Shown here: positions 18,952 through 28,723 of the stretch, one piece after another | How the letters are laid out: every line of letters begins with the position of its first letter | Numbering within the stretch: position 1 is the first letter of the stretch | Assembly: GCA_024239055.1 (NCBI GenBank) | Contig: JANBVJ010000001.1 | Coordinates: 65,277 to 129,276 of the forward strand | Direction of reading: 5' to 3' | Origin: Patescibacteria group bacterium | GTDB taxonomy: Bacteria; Patescibacteriota; Minisyncoccia; Minisyncoccales; UBA10102 | Length of the DNA stretch: 64,000 nucleotides | Notes under the pieces: generated by a model | What the model saw: the letters and a program-made list of their open reading frames with translations, nothing else | Told to the model about the DNA's origin: nothing | Databases searched by the model: none | Made by a program: the position numbers and the translations under genes

Positions 18952-19617
18952 ATGTCTAATCAAACAACATACATTGTTTCAGCCATTGTGCTGGCAGCCA
19001 TTATTATTGCGGGAGCCATTATGTACAGTTCAGACCCTGACATTAAAAGGGGGACTGCCGGTACGGTACCATTGGGTAGCGGTGTAGTCGCCCAAGCAAC
19101 TGAGATTGCTATCACAGACCAGGACCATATAAGGGGGAATGTGAATGCTTCTATTACTATTGTGGAGTACTCAGATTTTGAGTGTCCATACTGCGGTCGT
19201 TTTCATCCAATTATGATTCAGGCTCTCTCAGATTATCCTGAGGACGTCAGATGGGTATATCGACACTTTCCTCTAAGAGGTCATCTGCAGGCACAACCCG
19301 CCGCTGAGGCTTCTGAGTGCGTAGCAGAACAAAAGGGAGATGAAGGATTCTGGAGTTTTGTTGATGCCATGTTTGAGAATCAAGAAAGATTAGGGGAGGA
19401 GTTTTATCGCGAGGTTGCAGGAGAGATTGGAGTAAACCTTGTTCAGTTTGATTCTTGTGTAAGTTCAAGCAAGTATGCCAATAGAGTAAATAGTGACTAT
19501 GAGGAAGGAATACAATTAGGAGTGACAGGAACCCCAGGTTCCTTTGTAAATGGAGTGCCAGTCAAGGGAGCGGTTCCTTACGAACAACTTAAGTCTATTA
19601 TTGAGGCCCAGCTTTAA
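18952..19617 (+). CDS. DsbA-family thiol:disulfide oxidoreductase, membrane-anchored
   Basis: N-terminal TM helix. EYSDFECPYCGRFHP carries the CPYC motif. Confidence 0.75.
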   Translation: MSNQTTYIVSAIVLAAIIIAGAIMYSSDPDIKRGTAGTVPLGSGVVAQATEIAITDQDHIRGNVNASITIVEYSDFECPYCGRFHPIMIQALSDYPEDVRWVYRHFPLRGHLQAQPAAEASECVAEQKGDEGFWSFVDAMFENQERLGEEFYREVAGEIGVNLVQFDSCVSSSKYANRVNSDYEEGIQLGVTGTPGSFVNGVPVKGAVPYEQLKSIIEAQL

Positions 19618-20429
19618 TGCAGATTACAAAGGCATCTGGCAAAGTAGAGGAATTCAGTCGAGTTAAGCTGGAGCGGTCTTTGAGGCGCTCTGGGGCTACG
19701 GCAGATGAGGTAAAGGCAGTAGCTGATGTTGTAGAGCGAAAGATGCGGACTAAGATGCCAACTCATCGTTTGTATAAGCTGGCGTACAGCGAACTTGAGC
19801 GTATTCGTCCAAAGGCTGCAGCTGTCTATAGTCTTAGGGAAGCCATTATGGAGCTGGGACCTGAAGGCTTTTTGTTTGAGCAGTATGTTGGCGCCGTATT
19901 AAAAGAATACGGGTATACAATTAAGAGAGGGCGTATGGTAAAGGGAAAGTGTGTATCCCACGAGATTGATTTAATGGCTGAAAAAGGGAACATAACTTTT
20001 ATTATTGAGTTAAAGTACCACAATAAGCGCGGGATAAGGTCAGACGTGAAGGTTACAATGTATTTGTATGCCAGATTTTTAGATATTCATTTAGGGCATA
20101 CAAAGGAGTCTTCTCACAAGCCGTGGCTTATGACTAATACCAAGTTCACAAAGTCGGCCATAGCCTATGCTGAATGCATGGGAGTGAAGATGACAGGTTG
20201 GAGGTATCCTGCAAAGGAGGGTCTCCAGGACCTGATTGAGAAGAAAGGATTATATCCTGTCACAGTACTCCCATCTGTTAATAGGTTTGTACGGGATGCT
20301 TTGACTGAACATAGTGTTTTCTTTGCAAAAGATTTAAGTGTGCTATCATCCAGAGAGGTTCAGAAGAGGTTTGGGGTAAATGCTGATATTGCAAGAAAAC
20401 TTGTTAAAGAAGCAAATACCCTTGCATAG
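19617..20429 (+). CDS. ATP-cone domain fused to restriction-endonuclease-like (Mrr_cat/PD-(D/E)XK) domain
   Basis: N-terminal MQITKASGKVEEFSRVKLERSLRRSG has the ATP-cone pattern. The middle has FEQYVGAVLKEYGY...HEIDLMAEKGNITFIIELKYH, a D..ExK core. Confidence 0.7.
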   Translation: MQITKASGKVEEFSRVKLERSLRRSGATADEVKAVADVVERKMRTKMPTHRLYKLAYSELERIRPKAAAVYSLREAIMELGPEGFLFEQYVGAVLKEYGYTIKRGRMVKGKCVSHEIDLMAEKGNITFIIELKYHNKRGIRSDVKVTMYLYARFLDIHLGHTKESSHKPWLMTNTKFTKSAIAYAECMGVKMTGWRYPAKEGLQDLIEKKGLYPVTVLPSVNRFVRDALTEHSVFFAKDLSVLSSREVQKRFGVNADIARKLVKEANTLA

Positions 20430-20510
20430 ACTGGTATTCTATGAATAATAAAGCTATACTATGGATATACCATTAAAAGGTCGCTGGAATATTATCTAAT
20501 TTCCACTTTT

Positions 20511-20678
20511 ATGGCAGAAACAGGATATTGTGTAAAGTGTAGAGAGAAGGGTAAGGAAATTACAAACCCACAAGAGGTTGCTATGAAAGGTAAGGGTGGC
20601 GTTTCTCGTCGTGCGCTTACTGGAACATGTGAAACATGTGGTACAAAGATGTTTCGCATCTTGCCTTCAAAAAAGTAA
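20511..20678 (+). CDS. small zinc-ribbon protein (55 aa; below ORF-track cutoff)
   Basis: MAETGYCVKCREKGKEITNPQEVAMKGKGGVSRRALTGTCETCGTKMFRILPSKK contains CxxC...CxxC. Read by hand from the sequence. Confidence 0.5.
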   Translation: MAETGYCVKCREKGKEITNPQEVAMKGKGGVSRRALTGTCETCGTKMFRILPSKK

Positions 20679-20760
20679 TTTACTTGAAATTATTCACAAG
20701 ACGCATCAGTATTTCAATGTTCATTAGTGAACTAAGAGATACTGGTGTGTTTTGTTTTGC

Positions 20761-21570
20761 ATGAAGAATATTCTTCTTAGTATTGGCTTTGGCCTTCTTA
20801 TTCTTGCCAATGCAACTGTGTGGTCTGAAGTTCTGGGTTCTAAAACCTTTGAGGTAAGCTTTTTGGATATAGGACAGGGAGATGCGATATTTCTTGAGAC
20901 TCCTTCTGCACAGCAGATTCTTATTGACGGCGGACCCGATAATACCATATTGGAACGATTGGCTTTAAGAATGCTGCCATGGGATAAAACCATTAATCTT
21001 GTTATTCTCACGCATCCTGATAAAGATCATGTGGCGGGTTTAATTGAGGTATTAAAGTTGTATTCAGTAAAGAAGATTTTGTGGACAGGGGTTCAAAAAG
21101 ACACAGGTGAGTATGAAGAGTGGGTAAGATTGCTAAAAGAGGAGGGAGCTGAAATAACTGTAGCTTTGCCGCCTCAACGGATATACTTGGATTCTGGTTT
21201 TATAGATGTTTTGCATCCAAGAGATATTGAGGGAAGAAGTATAAATGACACCTCTATGGTTTTACGCCTAGTGGTGGGCGATAGCTCCTTTCTATTCACC
21301 GGGGATATTGGAATAAAGGTTGAGCGTGAATTGGTGGAAAGCGGAGTTAATATTAAGGCTGATGTTTTAAAGGTTTCTCATCATGGAAGCAAGACTTCAA
21401 CCTCTTCATTCTTTTTGGAAGCGGTACAGCCCTCTGTAGCTGTCATATCTCTTGGAGAAAATACATTTGGTCATCCACACCCATTAACTCTTGCAAGTTT
21501 GGCACAGTATGGTATTAATGTTATGAGGACAGATGAGGAAGGCGATATTACATTTTCAATTCAACAGTAA
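20761..21570 (+). CDS. MBL-fold hydrolase, ComEC C-terminal-domain-like, secreted/anchored
   Basis: Signal/TM region, then FLDIGQGDAIFLETP, ILIDGG, THPDKDHVAGL and VSHHGSK. Confidence 0.75.
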   Translation: MKNILLSIGFGLLILANATVWSEVLGSKTFEVSFLDIGQGDAIFLETPSAQQILIDGGPDNTILERLALRMLPWDKTINLVILTHPDKDHVAGLIEVLKLYSVKKILWTGVQKDTGEYEEWVRLLKEEGAEITVALPPQRIYLDSGFIDVLHPRDIEGRSINDTSMVLRLVVGDSSFLFTGDIGIKVERELVESGVNIKADVLKVSHHGSKTSTSSFFLEAVQPSVAVISLGENTFGHPHPLTLASLAQYGINVMRTDEEGDITFSIQQ

Positions 21571-21581
21571 TCTTAGATTTT

Positions 21582-22661
21582 ATGGAGAAAAAGCATACTA
21601 TTCCTCTTTTTAAAACAAAAGTAGACAATCTTAATCAAACTTTTCGTCTCACTGACCCAAAAGAACAGAAGGAGTATTTTGAAGCAAAGGCGGGAGAGGA
21701 GATAAAAAAGCTCCAGACCTTTTTGAAGAATGGAAGTTTTATTGTATATCTTTTAGGCAAAAAGAATGCAGGGAAAGGCACGTATGCTAAGATGTTTGCC
21801 GAAGTTGTCGGAAGAGACAAAGTAGACCATATTTCTGTAGGGGATATTGTAAGGGAATTGGATCATCTTTTAGAAACTAAAGAAGGGAAAGAGAAGCTGC
21901 GCAGTTCTTTGGAACCACTTTATCGGGGTTGGATTTCGTTTGACGAGGTATTAGATCGACTGGAAAAAAGGAGCACAAAGAACCTGCTTCCCACTGAATT
22001 TATCTTGGCCCTTATTAAAAGAGAGATTGCAAAGCGAGAGAAGAAAGCCATATTTGTTGATGGTTTCCCCAGAGACCTAGACCAAATCTCTTATTCTTTG
22101 TTCTTTCGGGATCTGATTGGTTATAGGGATGATCCTGATATTTTTGCCGTCATAAATGTTCCTACTGCGGTCATTGACGAAAGAATCAAATTAAGGAGGA
22201 TTTGTCCTATCTGCAAGACCTCCCGCAATCTTAAGCTTCTCCCAACTTCAAAGATTGGATATAGAGAGAAGGAGAAAGAGTTTTTCTTGCAGTGTGACGA
22301 CTCTGATTGTAAAGAGGCTGAGATGGTGGCAAAAGAGGGAGATGAGCTGGGAACTCTTCCTATTCAAGAGCGTCTGAAGACAGACGAAAAGTTAATGAAT
22401 CAGGCTATGTCGCTTTACGGCATCCCCAAGGTTCTCTTGCGCAACACCATTCCTGTTGCGTCTGCAAAAGAATATGTGGACGACTATGAGATTACTCCAG
22501 TGTATAGTTATGAGTGGGATGAGAAAGAACAGAAGGTAAGGGTAATAGAGGAGCCGTGGGTTGTGAATGATGACGAGGGTGTACCTTCTTATAGTTTGCT
22601 GCCTCCTCCTGTTACGGTTTCCTTAATCAAGCAGATGGTAAAGGCTCTTAATCTTGCTTGA
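21582..22661 (+). CDS. long adenylate-kinase-family protein with Zn LID
   Basis: P-loop LGKKNAGKGTYAKMFAE, DGFPRDLDQ, LID with CPICKTS...CDDSDC. 359 aa, with extra N- and C-terminal regions. Confidence 0.6.
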   Translation: MEKKHTIPLFKTKVDNLNQTFRLTDPKEQKEYFEAKAGEEIKKLQTFLKNGSFIVYLLGKKNAGKGTYAKMFAEVVGRDKVDHISVGDIVRELDHLLETKEGKEKLRSSLEPLYRGWISFDEVLDRLEKRSTKNLLPTEFILALIKREIAKREKKAIFVDGFPRDLDQISYSLFFRDLIGYRDDPDIFAVINVPTAVIDERIKLRRICPICKTSRNLKLLPTSKIGYREKEKEFFLQCDDSDCKEAEMVAKEGDELGTLPIQERLKTDEKLMNQAMSLYGIPKVLLRNTIPVASAKEYVDDYEITPVYSYEWDEKEQKVRVIEEPWVVNDDEGVPSYSLLPPPVTVSLIKQMVKALNLA

Positions 22662-22864
22662 CACCATCCTATGCGTCTTGATAAAATTAAACAAGCCCTA
22701 CACATCTATCAAGATTCAGGTTCAAAGTCTATTTATGGGAGTTGATGTGTATGTGAATCTTGGTTCACAGCCTAGACACCCACCTGGTTTTTTTACCGGA
22801 GAAATCTTGGAAGAGAGTAGGGCATCAGAGAACATCATTTGTTATGGTGTTTTTTGATTCTTTT

Positions 22865-23449
22865 ATGTACGATAGACCTATGGATATACTGCGTCACATA
22901 AAGAACAGGTCTTTGGCACATATTGTTCGCTACTCAGCGCATCCCCAGCATTTTGGGGAGTCGGTAGCCGAACACTCTTTTTATACCGCATATATTACAG
23001 CTATCCTATGTCGGCTGTTGAAAGAAGAGGAAGTTGAGATTAATACTGAGAAAGCAATCTCTATGGCTTTAGTTCATGATGCAGAAGAGATGTTTTCTGG
23101 AGATATTTTAGGTCCTTTCAAGCATTATTCAGAAGAGGTGACTTCAGCTATCAGAAAAGTAAACCTTGAGATTATTCAAGATGCCTTTGAGGGATTGCCA
23201 GAGTCTTTGAGTAATCACTTTATTGCTCTATGGACAGAAGAGGGAGAAGGGGAGAGTATTGAGGCTCAGGTAGTAAAGAAGGCAGACCGCCTATCTCTTA
23301 TTGCCAAGTGCGCAGAAGAGGTTCATGCGGGAAACGAGTTTTTCAAAGAAATGTATGAGAATCAATTAGCTCTTTTGAATCGAGATGACAAGCCCTGGTG
23401 GAATAAGATTAAAGCTAAAGTTCTTTCGTCTATGAAAGAAGATGTTTGA
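22865..23449 (+). CDS. HD-domain phosphohydrolase (YfbR-like 5'-nucleotidase)
   Basis: ESVAEHSFYTAYITAIL and LVHDAEEMFSGDI motifs. The internal ATG at 22865 is preferred over the ORF-track start. Confidence 0.7.
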   Translation: MYDRPMDILRHIKNRSLAHIVRYSAHPQHFGESVAEHSFYTAYITAILCRLLKEEEVEINTEKAISMALVHDAEEMFSGDILGPFKHYSEEVTSAIRKVNLEIIQDAFEGLPESLSNHFIALWTEEGEGESIEAQVVKKADRLSLIAKCAEEVHAGNEFFKEMYENQLALLNRDDKPWWNKIKAKVLSSMKEDV

Positions 23450-23726
23450 TTCTTTCAACCTCGTTCTCAACTAAAGCACCGTCATATTCTCCTGAGTGAG
23501 CAGAAGACCCTGAGTAACTGGGTCTTTTTTGATCTAGGTGCAGGTTGCAGGAGGCAGTATCATTATCTGTTTTGCAATAGATGTGAAACTTAGGAAAAGG
23601 GGTTCCTGTGATGCTTTTTGTGAACTTTAAATCTCCGGTTCTTTCATCCTGTCCTTCTGGTTTATAACCTGCATTTCTCATCATAGTGGGGAGGTTATCT
23701 TTTGTTAGTTTGATTGGGAATCTCAT
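23430..23726 (-). CDS. hypothetical protein
   Basis: 98-aa ORF on the minus strand, overlapping the convergent HD-gene end by 20 nt. No motif recognised. Confidence 0.4.
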   Translation of the reverse strand: MRFPIKLTKDNLPTMMRNAGYKPEGQDERTGDLKFTKSITGTPFPKFHIYCKTDNDTASCNLHLDQKRPSYSGSSAHSGEYDGALVENEVERIKHLLS

Positions 23727-23743
23727 ATCATATATTCTATTTA

Positions 23744-23752
23744 TGGTATGAT
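23744..23752 (+). promoter_or_regulatory. extended -10 promoter TGgTATGAT, leaderless geometry
   Basis: TATGAT 23747-23752, 6 nt before the ATG at 23759. Confidence 0.5.
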
Positions 23753-23758
23753 ACCATA

Positions 23759-24712
23759 ATGTATCGTAAGGTCTTAATTAGTATTGTTCTTATTCTTCTT
23801 ATTACTCTAGGAGGTGTATTTGCATATAGTTCGTATTCTGAAGGTAAGTTTTTATCTGAAGCGAACTCCGCCTTTAATAAAGGGAACTATCTAGCTGCTT
23901 TAGCCAGCTACTTTGTATTGAATGAAGATAAGGATGATCTTTCACTTGAGCTTAAACTGCAGCAGGCTAAAGAGTCTTTAATAGTAGAAGAAAACTTTAA
24001 AAGGGCTAAAGCCGCAGCAGAAGAAGGCGATTGGTTAGAAACAAAGTATTTGCTTTCTGAAGTAAAGCCTATTGTTGATTCTGATTTATATGAAAAGGTT
24101 TTAGTATTGTATCAAGAAGCGTCTAAAAAGGTAGAGGCTCTAGAGATAAAGATTGCAGCGGAGATGCAATTGTTAAGAGATGAGGCTGTTCAGGTAAAGT
24201 TGCAGAGAGAACAGGCAGAAAAAGAAACAGCTGAAATAGCAGGGAAATTAAGTGAAGTTGAGAAAGCAAAGGAGTTGGTAGAGCAGGAGGCGGCAGCCGC
24301 ACAACAAGAGGTTGTTATTGAACGTATGCTGAAGTTTAAGAATGAACTTTCTTTATTGATTGATTTACTAGACTCAGGAAGTGACTTGGTTTTAGACGGC
24401 ATTGTTCAGATTGAATCTGATAACGATTCTATAGCCTTAACCTTTTTAAATCAGGCACGTACACTATTTTCTAATGTGCAGGAGCACGGAGAGGACTTAA
24501 AACTTAATCGTACTCCAGAGTCTGCTGTATTTGAAGTAGATGTATTACTTTCTACAACCTTTGTATTAAAAAAGGCTGTATTGAGCTTGGGTTCAGCCAC
24601 TATATTCATTGAGGAGCAGGATGATACCTTTTATCAGTATCTGAATGATGGCAAGGCGTTCTATAACTCTGGTATTGAAGATATTGCACAACTCAAGGGA
24701 TTTGTAGATTAA
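23759..24712 (+). CDS. membrane-anchored coiled-coil protein
   Basis: MYRKVLISIVLILLITLGGVFAY is a TM helix, followed by long E/K/A/Q-rich heptad-like segments. Confidence 0.5.
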   Translation: MYRKVLISIVLILLITLGGVFAYSSYSEGKFLSEANSAFNKGNYLAALASYFVLNEDKDDLSLELKLQQAKESLIVEENFKRAKAAAEEGDWLETKYLLSEVKPIVDSDLYEKVLVLYQEASKKVEALEIKIAAEMQLLRDEAVQVKLQREQAEKETAEIAGKLSEVEKAKELVEQEAAAAQQEVVIERMLKFKNELSLLIDLLDSGSDLVLDGIVQIESDNDSIALTFLNQARTLFSNVQEHGEDLKLNRTPESAVFEVDVLLSTTFVLKKAVLSLGSATIFIEEQDDTFYQYLNDGKAFYNSGIEDIAQLKGFVD

Positions 24713-24744
24713 ACAAAAAACAGCCTCATAGCTGCTTTATTATA

Positions 24745-24957
24745 TTATTTTGAGGTTGCTTTAAGACACTTAGTACAGACTCTAATTCTCTGACCTGGCT
24801 GTAGTCCAAGTTTTTGGGCTAGTTGCGCAGTAGGGTGCAGCCACTGCAAATTAGGGCGCTGTTGGCGCTTGACTGTCGGGTTGTACTTTCCTCTGAGCTT
24901 TTTAAGTCTCCAGACAGGATTTCTTCCCTTGCCGCAAATTGGACATGATTTTGTCAT
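24745..24957 (-). CDS. rpmB: 50S ribosomal protein L28 (divergent form)
   Basis: MTKSCPICGKG...RQQRPNLQW aligns by eye to the L28 N-terminus (C.ITGK...R...NLQ). 70 aa and basic. Confidence 0.6.
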   Translation of the reverse strand: MTKSCPICGKGRNPVWRLKKLRGKYNPTVKRQQRPNLQWLHPTAQLAQKLGLQPGQRIRVCTKCLKATSK

Positions 24958-25005
24958 GAAAATAAGTTTAACAGAATATTTATTCTTTTACAAGTAAAGT
25001 TAGTG

Positions 25006-25014
25006 TGATACACT
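25006..25014 (+). promoter_or_regulatory. extended -10 promoter TGaTACACT, near-leaderless
   Basis: TACACT 25009-25014, 7 nt before the ATG at 25022. Confidence 0.45.
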
Positions 25015-25021
25015 AGATTTT

Positions 25022-25645
25022 ATGGAATTCATTTTCTTAATTGCTATATTAATAATGTCTGTGGTATTGCATGAGGTTTCACACGGTGTCGTGGCAAATG
25101 CCTTGGGTGATCCTACTGCAAAGAACGCAGGAAGACTGACATTAAACCCTATTCCGCACTTAGATCCAATAGGTTCTATTCTTTTGCCAGGAGCCTTAAT
25201 CTTAATGAGCATGGTCACAGGTGGAGGCTTTATCTTTGGCTGGGCAAAGCCGGTCCCTGTTAATGTAATGAACCTGAGGGGGAAGTATGATTCGGCCATG
25301 GTATCTCTGGCGGGACCCGGTTCAAACATTGCTATAGCTGTTGTGTTTGGTTTAGCACTACGGCTACTTCCGTTAGCTGACCTTAATCCAGCTCTAATTA
25401 TGGTATTTGGATATATTGTATATTTGAATCTATTGCTGGCTGTATTTAACCTTCTTCCTATTCCGCCGCTTGATGGCTCACACATTCTCTTTACCTTTTT
25501 GCCTCGGTCTATGGAGAATATGAAGTTTATGCTTTCAAAGTATGGAATGTTTATTCTGTTGTTTATCATATTCTTTTTCTTTGGCATTATAAGAGTAGTT
25601 GTAGGGGGACTATATTCTCTTATTGTAGGAACTCCGCTGTTTTAA
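25022..25645 (+). CDS. site-2 protease family (peptidase M50) membrane metalloprotease
   Basis: HEVSHGVVA HExxH motif in a TM helix, with the LLPIPPLDGSH second motif. Confidence 0.8.
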   Translation: MEFIFLIAILIMSVVLHEVSHGVVANALGDPTAKNAGRLTLNPIPHLDPIGSILLPGALILMSMVTGGGFIFGWAKPVPVNVMNLRGKYDSAMVSLAGPGSNIAIAVVFGLALRLLPLADLNPALIMVFGYIVYLNLLLAVFNLLPIPPLDGSHILFTFLPRSMENMKFMLSKYGMFILLFIIFFFFGIIRVVVGGLYSLIVGTPLF

Positions 25646-25646
25646 G

Positions 25647-25675
25647 TTGACATTTGGCTATTTATCTGATAAATT
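25647..25675 (+). promoter_or_regulatory. promoter TTGACA-N17-TAAATT for the str operon
   Basis: TTGACA 25647-25652 and TAAATT 25670-25675, 44 nt upstream of rpsL. Confidence 0.55.
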
Positions 25676-25719
25676 ATCTGTTGTGAAACTCATTTAATGA
25701 GGTTGAACTATTTTTATAC

Positions 25720-26139
25720 ATGCCTACCATACGACAACTAATGAAAAAAGGGAGAAAGGTAAAAAAGAAGGGCGTAAAAACCCCGGCTTTGGCATTTGGA
25801 TTCAATACCATAAAGAACAGACCAAAGAACTATCCTTCTTCATTTAAAAGAGGGGTATGTATTCGTGTATTTACCACAACTCCAAAGAAGCCAAACTCTG
25901 CTCTCCGTAAGGTAGCAAGAGTTAGATTATCCAATGGTATGGAGGTTACGGCTTACATTCCGGGAGTAGGGCATAACTTGCAAGAGCACTCAGTTGTTTT
26001 ACTGCGCGGCGGAAGAGTGCGTGATCTTCCTGGGGTTAGATATCACATTGTACGGGGAGTATTGGATGCAGGAGGAGTAGAGGGAAGAAAGCAGGAGAGA
26101 TCCAAGTACGGAACAAAGAAACCAGCTCCAGCTAAATAA
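25720..26139 (+). CDS. rpsL: 30S ribosomal protein S12
   Basis: [12 protein letters not shown]...[20 protein letters not shown]. Confidence 0.95.
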   Translation: MPTIRQLMKKGRKVKKKGVKTPALAFGFNTIKNRPKNYPSSFKRGVCIRVFTTTPKKPNSALRKVARVRLSNGMEVTAYIPGVGHNLQEHSVVLLRGGRVRDLPGVRYHIVRGVLDAGGVEGRKQERSKYGTKKPAPAK

Positions 26140-26140
26140 T

Positions 26141-26608
26141 ATGCCAAGAGGAAAGATACAATTAAGGCAGGTGAATCCTGACCTTATATATAACTCAGTT
26201 GCGGTGTCTAAGTTCATTAATCATATGATGAAAGGGGGAAAGAAATCGGCTTCTGCGAAGATTATGTACAAGGCTCTTGAGATTGTTAAAGAAAAATCTA
26301 AGAAAAATCCTGTTGAGGTATTTGAGACAGCCTTAGTTAACATTACTCCGCAGGTTGAGGTAAAGTCCCGCCGTGTAGGAGGAGCTACCTATCAGGTACC
26401 CATGGAGGTAAAGGGGAATAGAAAGAACTCACTTGGCATGAGATGGCTTTTGACCGCAGCCCGTGCCCATAAAGGAAAGCCCATGGCAGATTCTCTTTCT
26501 GACGAGATTCTCTTGGCGTTTAAGAATGAGGGAGCTGCAATCAAGAAGAAAGAAGATACGCATCGAATGGCGGAAGCCAACAGGGCATTTGCGCACTTTG
26601 CGTGGTAA
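26141..26608 (+). CDS. rpsG: 30S ribosomal protein S7
   Basis: [18 protein letters not shown] and [10 protein letters not shown] at the C-terminus. Confidence 0.95.
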   Translation: MPRGKIQLRQVNPDLIYNSVAVSKFINHMMKGGKKSASAKIMYKALEIVKEKSKKNPVEVFETALVNITPQVEVKSRRVGGATYQVPMEVKGNRKNSLGMRWLLTAARAHKGKPMADSLSDEILLAFKNEGAAIKKKEDTHRMAEANRAFAHFAW

Positions 26609-26613
26609 TAGTT

Positions 26614-28719
26614 ATGGCAAGAGAATATCCTATTGAAAAAGTTAGAAATATTGGAATTATTGCTCACATTGATGCAGGTAAGACTACGGTTACTGAGCGT
26701 ATTTTATTTTATACTGGTATTTCCCATAAAATAGGTGAGGTTCATGAGGGAGCCGCTGTTATGGACTGGATGGAGCAGGAGCGCGAGCGTGGGATTACCA
26801 TTACGTCAGCAGCAACCACATGTTTTTGGACACCTACTTATCTTGAGAAGAAGAAGGAGAATGAGTATAGAATTAATATTATTGATACCCCAGGCCACAT
26901 TGACTTTACCGCGGAAGTACAGCGTTCTTTGAGGGTTTTGGACGGAGCCGTTGTTGTGTTTGACGGGGTAGCTGGAGTTGAACCCCAGTCAGAAACAGTC
27001 TGGCGTCAGGCTGACAAGTATGAGGTACCTCGTATATGTTTTCTTAATAAGTTAGACCGGACAGGAGCTTCATTTGAAAAGGGATTAGCTTCAATTACAG
27101 ATAAATTAACAAAGGATGCCATAGCCGTTCATATTCCTATGGGAGAGGAGGATAAGCTTTCAGGAGTTATTGATTTGGTTTCAATGAAGGCCTACCGCTT
27201 TGAGGGAGAGCTGGGTTCTCAGGTAAAGGAAGAGGAGATTCCAGATGACTTTGTTGATATGGCAAAAGAGTGGAGAGAGAAGTTTATGGAGAAGCTGGCA
27301 GGAGAGGATGAGGATTTGATGAATGCTTTTTTGGCAGGAGAGGAGATTAAGGTAGAAGATATTAGAAAGGTACTGCGCAAGGCCGTGTTGGCTAGAACCA
27401 TTATACCTGTGTTTATGGGTTCAGCTTTAAAGAATACCGGAGTGCAGTTATTGCTGGATGCTGTTGTAGATTATCTTCCCTCACCCGTGGATGTTGGAGC
27501 TATTGAAGGAGTGGATCCAAAGGATGAGTCAAAGGTATTAAAGAGAGAACCTTCGGATGAGGAACCTTTTGCAGCTTTAGCATTTAAGGTAGCTACCGAT
27601 CCTTTTGTAGGAACACTTACTTACTTTCGAGTTTATTCTGGGACTTTAAAAAAGGGCTCCTATGTTTTAAATACTATTACCGGTGAGAAAGAGCGTATTG
27701 CCCGTATCCTGCGTATGCATGCTGCCGAGCGCGAGGAGATGGATGAACTGTATGCAGGAGACATTGCCGCCACTGTGGGATTAAAGGATACCTCAACAGG
27801 GCATACTCTGGTGGATGAATCCTCACCAATTATTCTAGAGCAGATTTCGTTCCCCGAACCTGTAATCTCAATTAAGATTGAGCCAAAGACAAAGGCTGAC
27901 CAGGAGAAGATGGGTCTGGCTTTAAGAAAGCTTACAGATGAGGATCCTACATTTCGAGTATCTACTGACCAGGATACTGGGGAGACCTTGATTGCTGGTA
28001 TGGGAGAGCTGCACCTTGAGATTATCGTGGACAGAATGAAGAGAGAGTTTAATGTGGAAGCCGGAGTCGGAAGACCTCAGGTAGCTTATAAAGAAACAAT
28101 ACGTATTGAAGCTGAAGCTGAATCAAAGTATGTTCGTCAGTCAGGCGGACGGGGACAGTACGGACACGTGTATCTAAGAGTAAAACCAAAAGAGCAGGGA
28201 GAGGGCTTTACCTTTGTTAACGAAATTAAAGGAGGAAGTATTCCGCGGGAGTATATTCCTGCCGTAGAAAAGGGTGTTAAGGAAGCTATGGCTAGGGGAG
28301 TTGTTGCAGGGTATCCGGTAGTGGACACCGAGGTTATCTTGTTTGACGGTTCTTACCACGAGGTGGACTCTTCTGAGATTGCCTTTAAGATTGCAGCTTC
28401 CATGGCGTTTCAGGATGCGGCTAAAAAGGCTAATCCCATATTGCTTGAACCTATTATGGGTCTTGAGGTTACCGTCCCTGAAAACTTCTTGGGGGATGCC
28501 ATTGGAGACCTATCTTCAAAAAGAGCCCGTATTGAGGAAACTCAGGACAGGTCAGGCATGAAGGTAATTACGGCTAAGGTACCTTTAGCTGAGATGTTTG
28601 GATACGCTACAAATCTTCGTTCCTTGACGGAAGGAAGAGGAACCTTTACAATGGAGTTTGATAATTATGAAGAGGTTCCGCGCAACTTAGCTGAAGAGAT
28701 AAAGGAAGCTCGTACATAA
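26614..28719 (+). CDS. fusA: elongation factor G
   Basis: [29 protein letters not shown] and full five-domain length. ATG 26614 is preferred. Confidence 0.95.
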   Translation: MAREYPIEKVRNIGIIAHIDAGKTTVTERILFYTGISHKIGEVHEGAAVMDWMEQERERGITITSAATTCFWTPTYLEKKKENEYRINIIDTPGHIDFTAEVQRSLRVLDGAVVVFDGVAGVEPQSETVWRQADKYEVPRICFLNKLDRTGASFEKGLASITDKLTKDAIAVHIPMGEEDKLSGVIDLVSMKAYRFEGELGSQVKEEEIPDDFVDMAKEWREKFMEKLAGEDEDLMNAFLAGEEIKVEDIRKVLRKAVLARTIIPVFMGSALKNTGVQLLLDAVVDYLPSPVDVGAIEGVDPKDESKVLKREPSDEEPFAALAFKVATDPFVGTLTYFRVYSGTLKKGSYVLNTITGEKERIARILRMHAAEREEMDELYAGDIAATVGLKDTSTGHTLVDESSPIILEQISFPEPVISIKIEPKTKADQEKMGLALRKLTDEDPTFRVSTDQDTGETLIAGMGELHLEIIVDRMKREFNVEAGVGRPQVAYKETIRIEAEAESKYVRQSGGRGQYGHVYLRVKPKEQGEGFTFVNEIKGGSIPREYIPAVEKGVKEAMARGVVAGYPVVDTEVILFDGSYHEVDSSEIAFKIAASMAFQDAAKKANPILLEPIMGLEVTVPENFLGDAIGDLSSKRARIEETQDRSGMKVITAKVPLAEMFGYATNLRSLTEGRGTFTMEFDNYEEVPRNLAEEIKEART

Positions 28720-28723
28720 ATCT

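Noticed and set aside
22662-22864. ~170-nt leader upstream of the HD-domain gene as a possible riboswitch, including the 67-aa ORF at 22654-22857
   Set aside because: A TTGACA-N18-TAAAAT promoter and small stems (GTGAA/TTCAC) are present, but nothing matches a known riboswitch class by eye. The ORF has no SD or conservation cues. The region is left unannotated.
25000-25587. 195-aa ORF on the minus strand
   Set aside because: It is antisense to the M50 protease gene, which has a clear HExxH motif. It is a shadow ORF.
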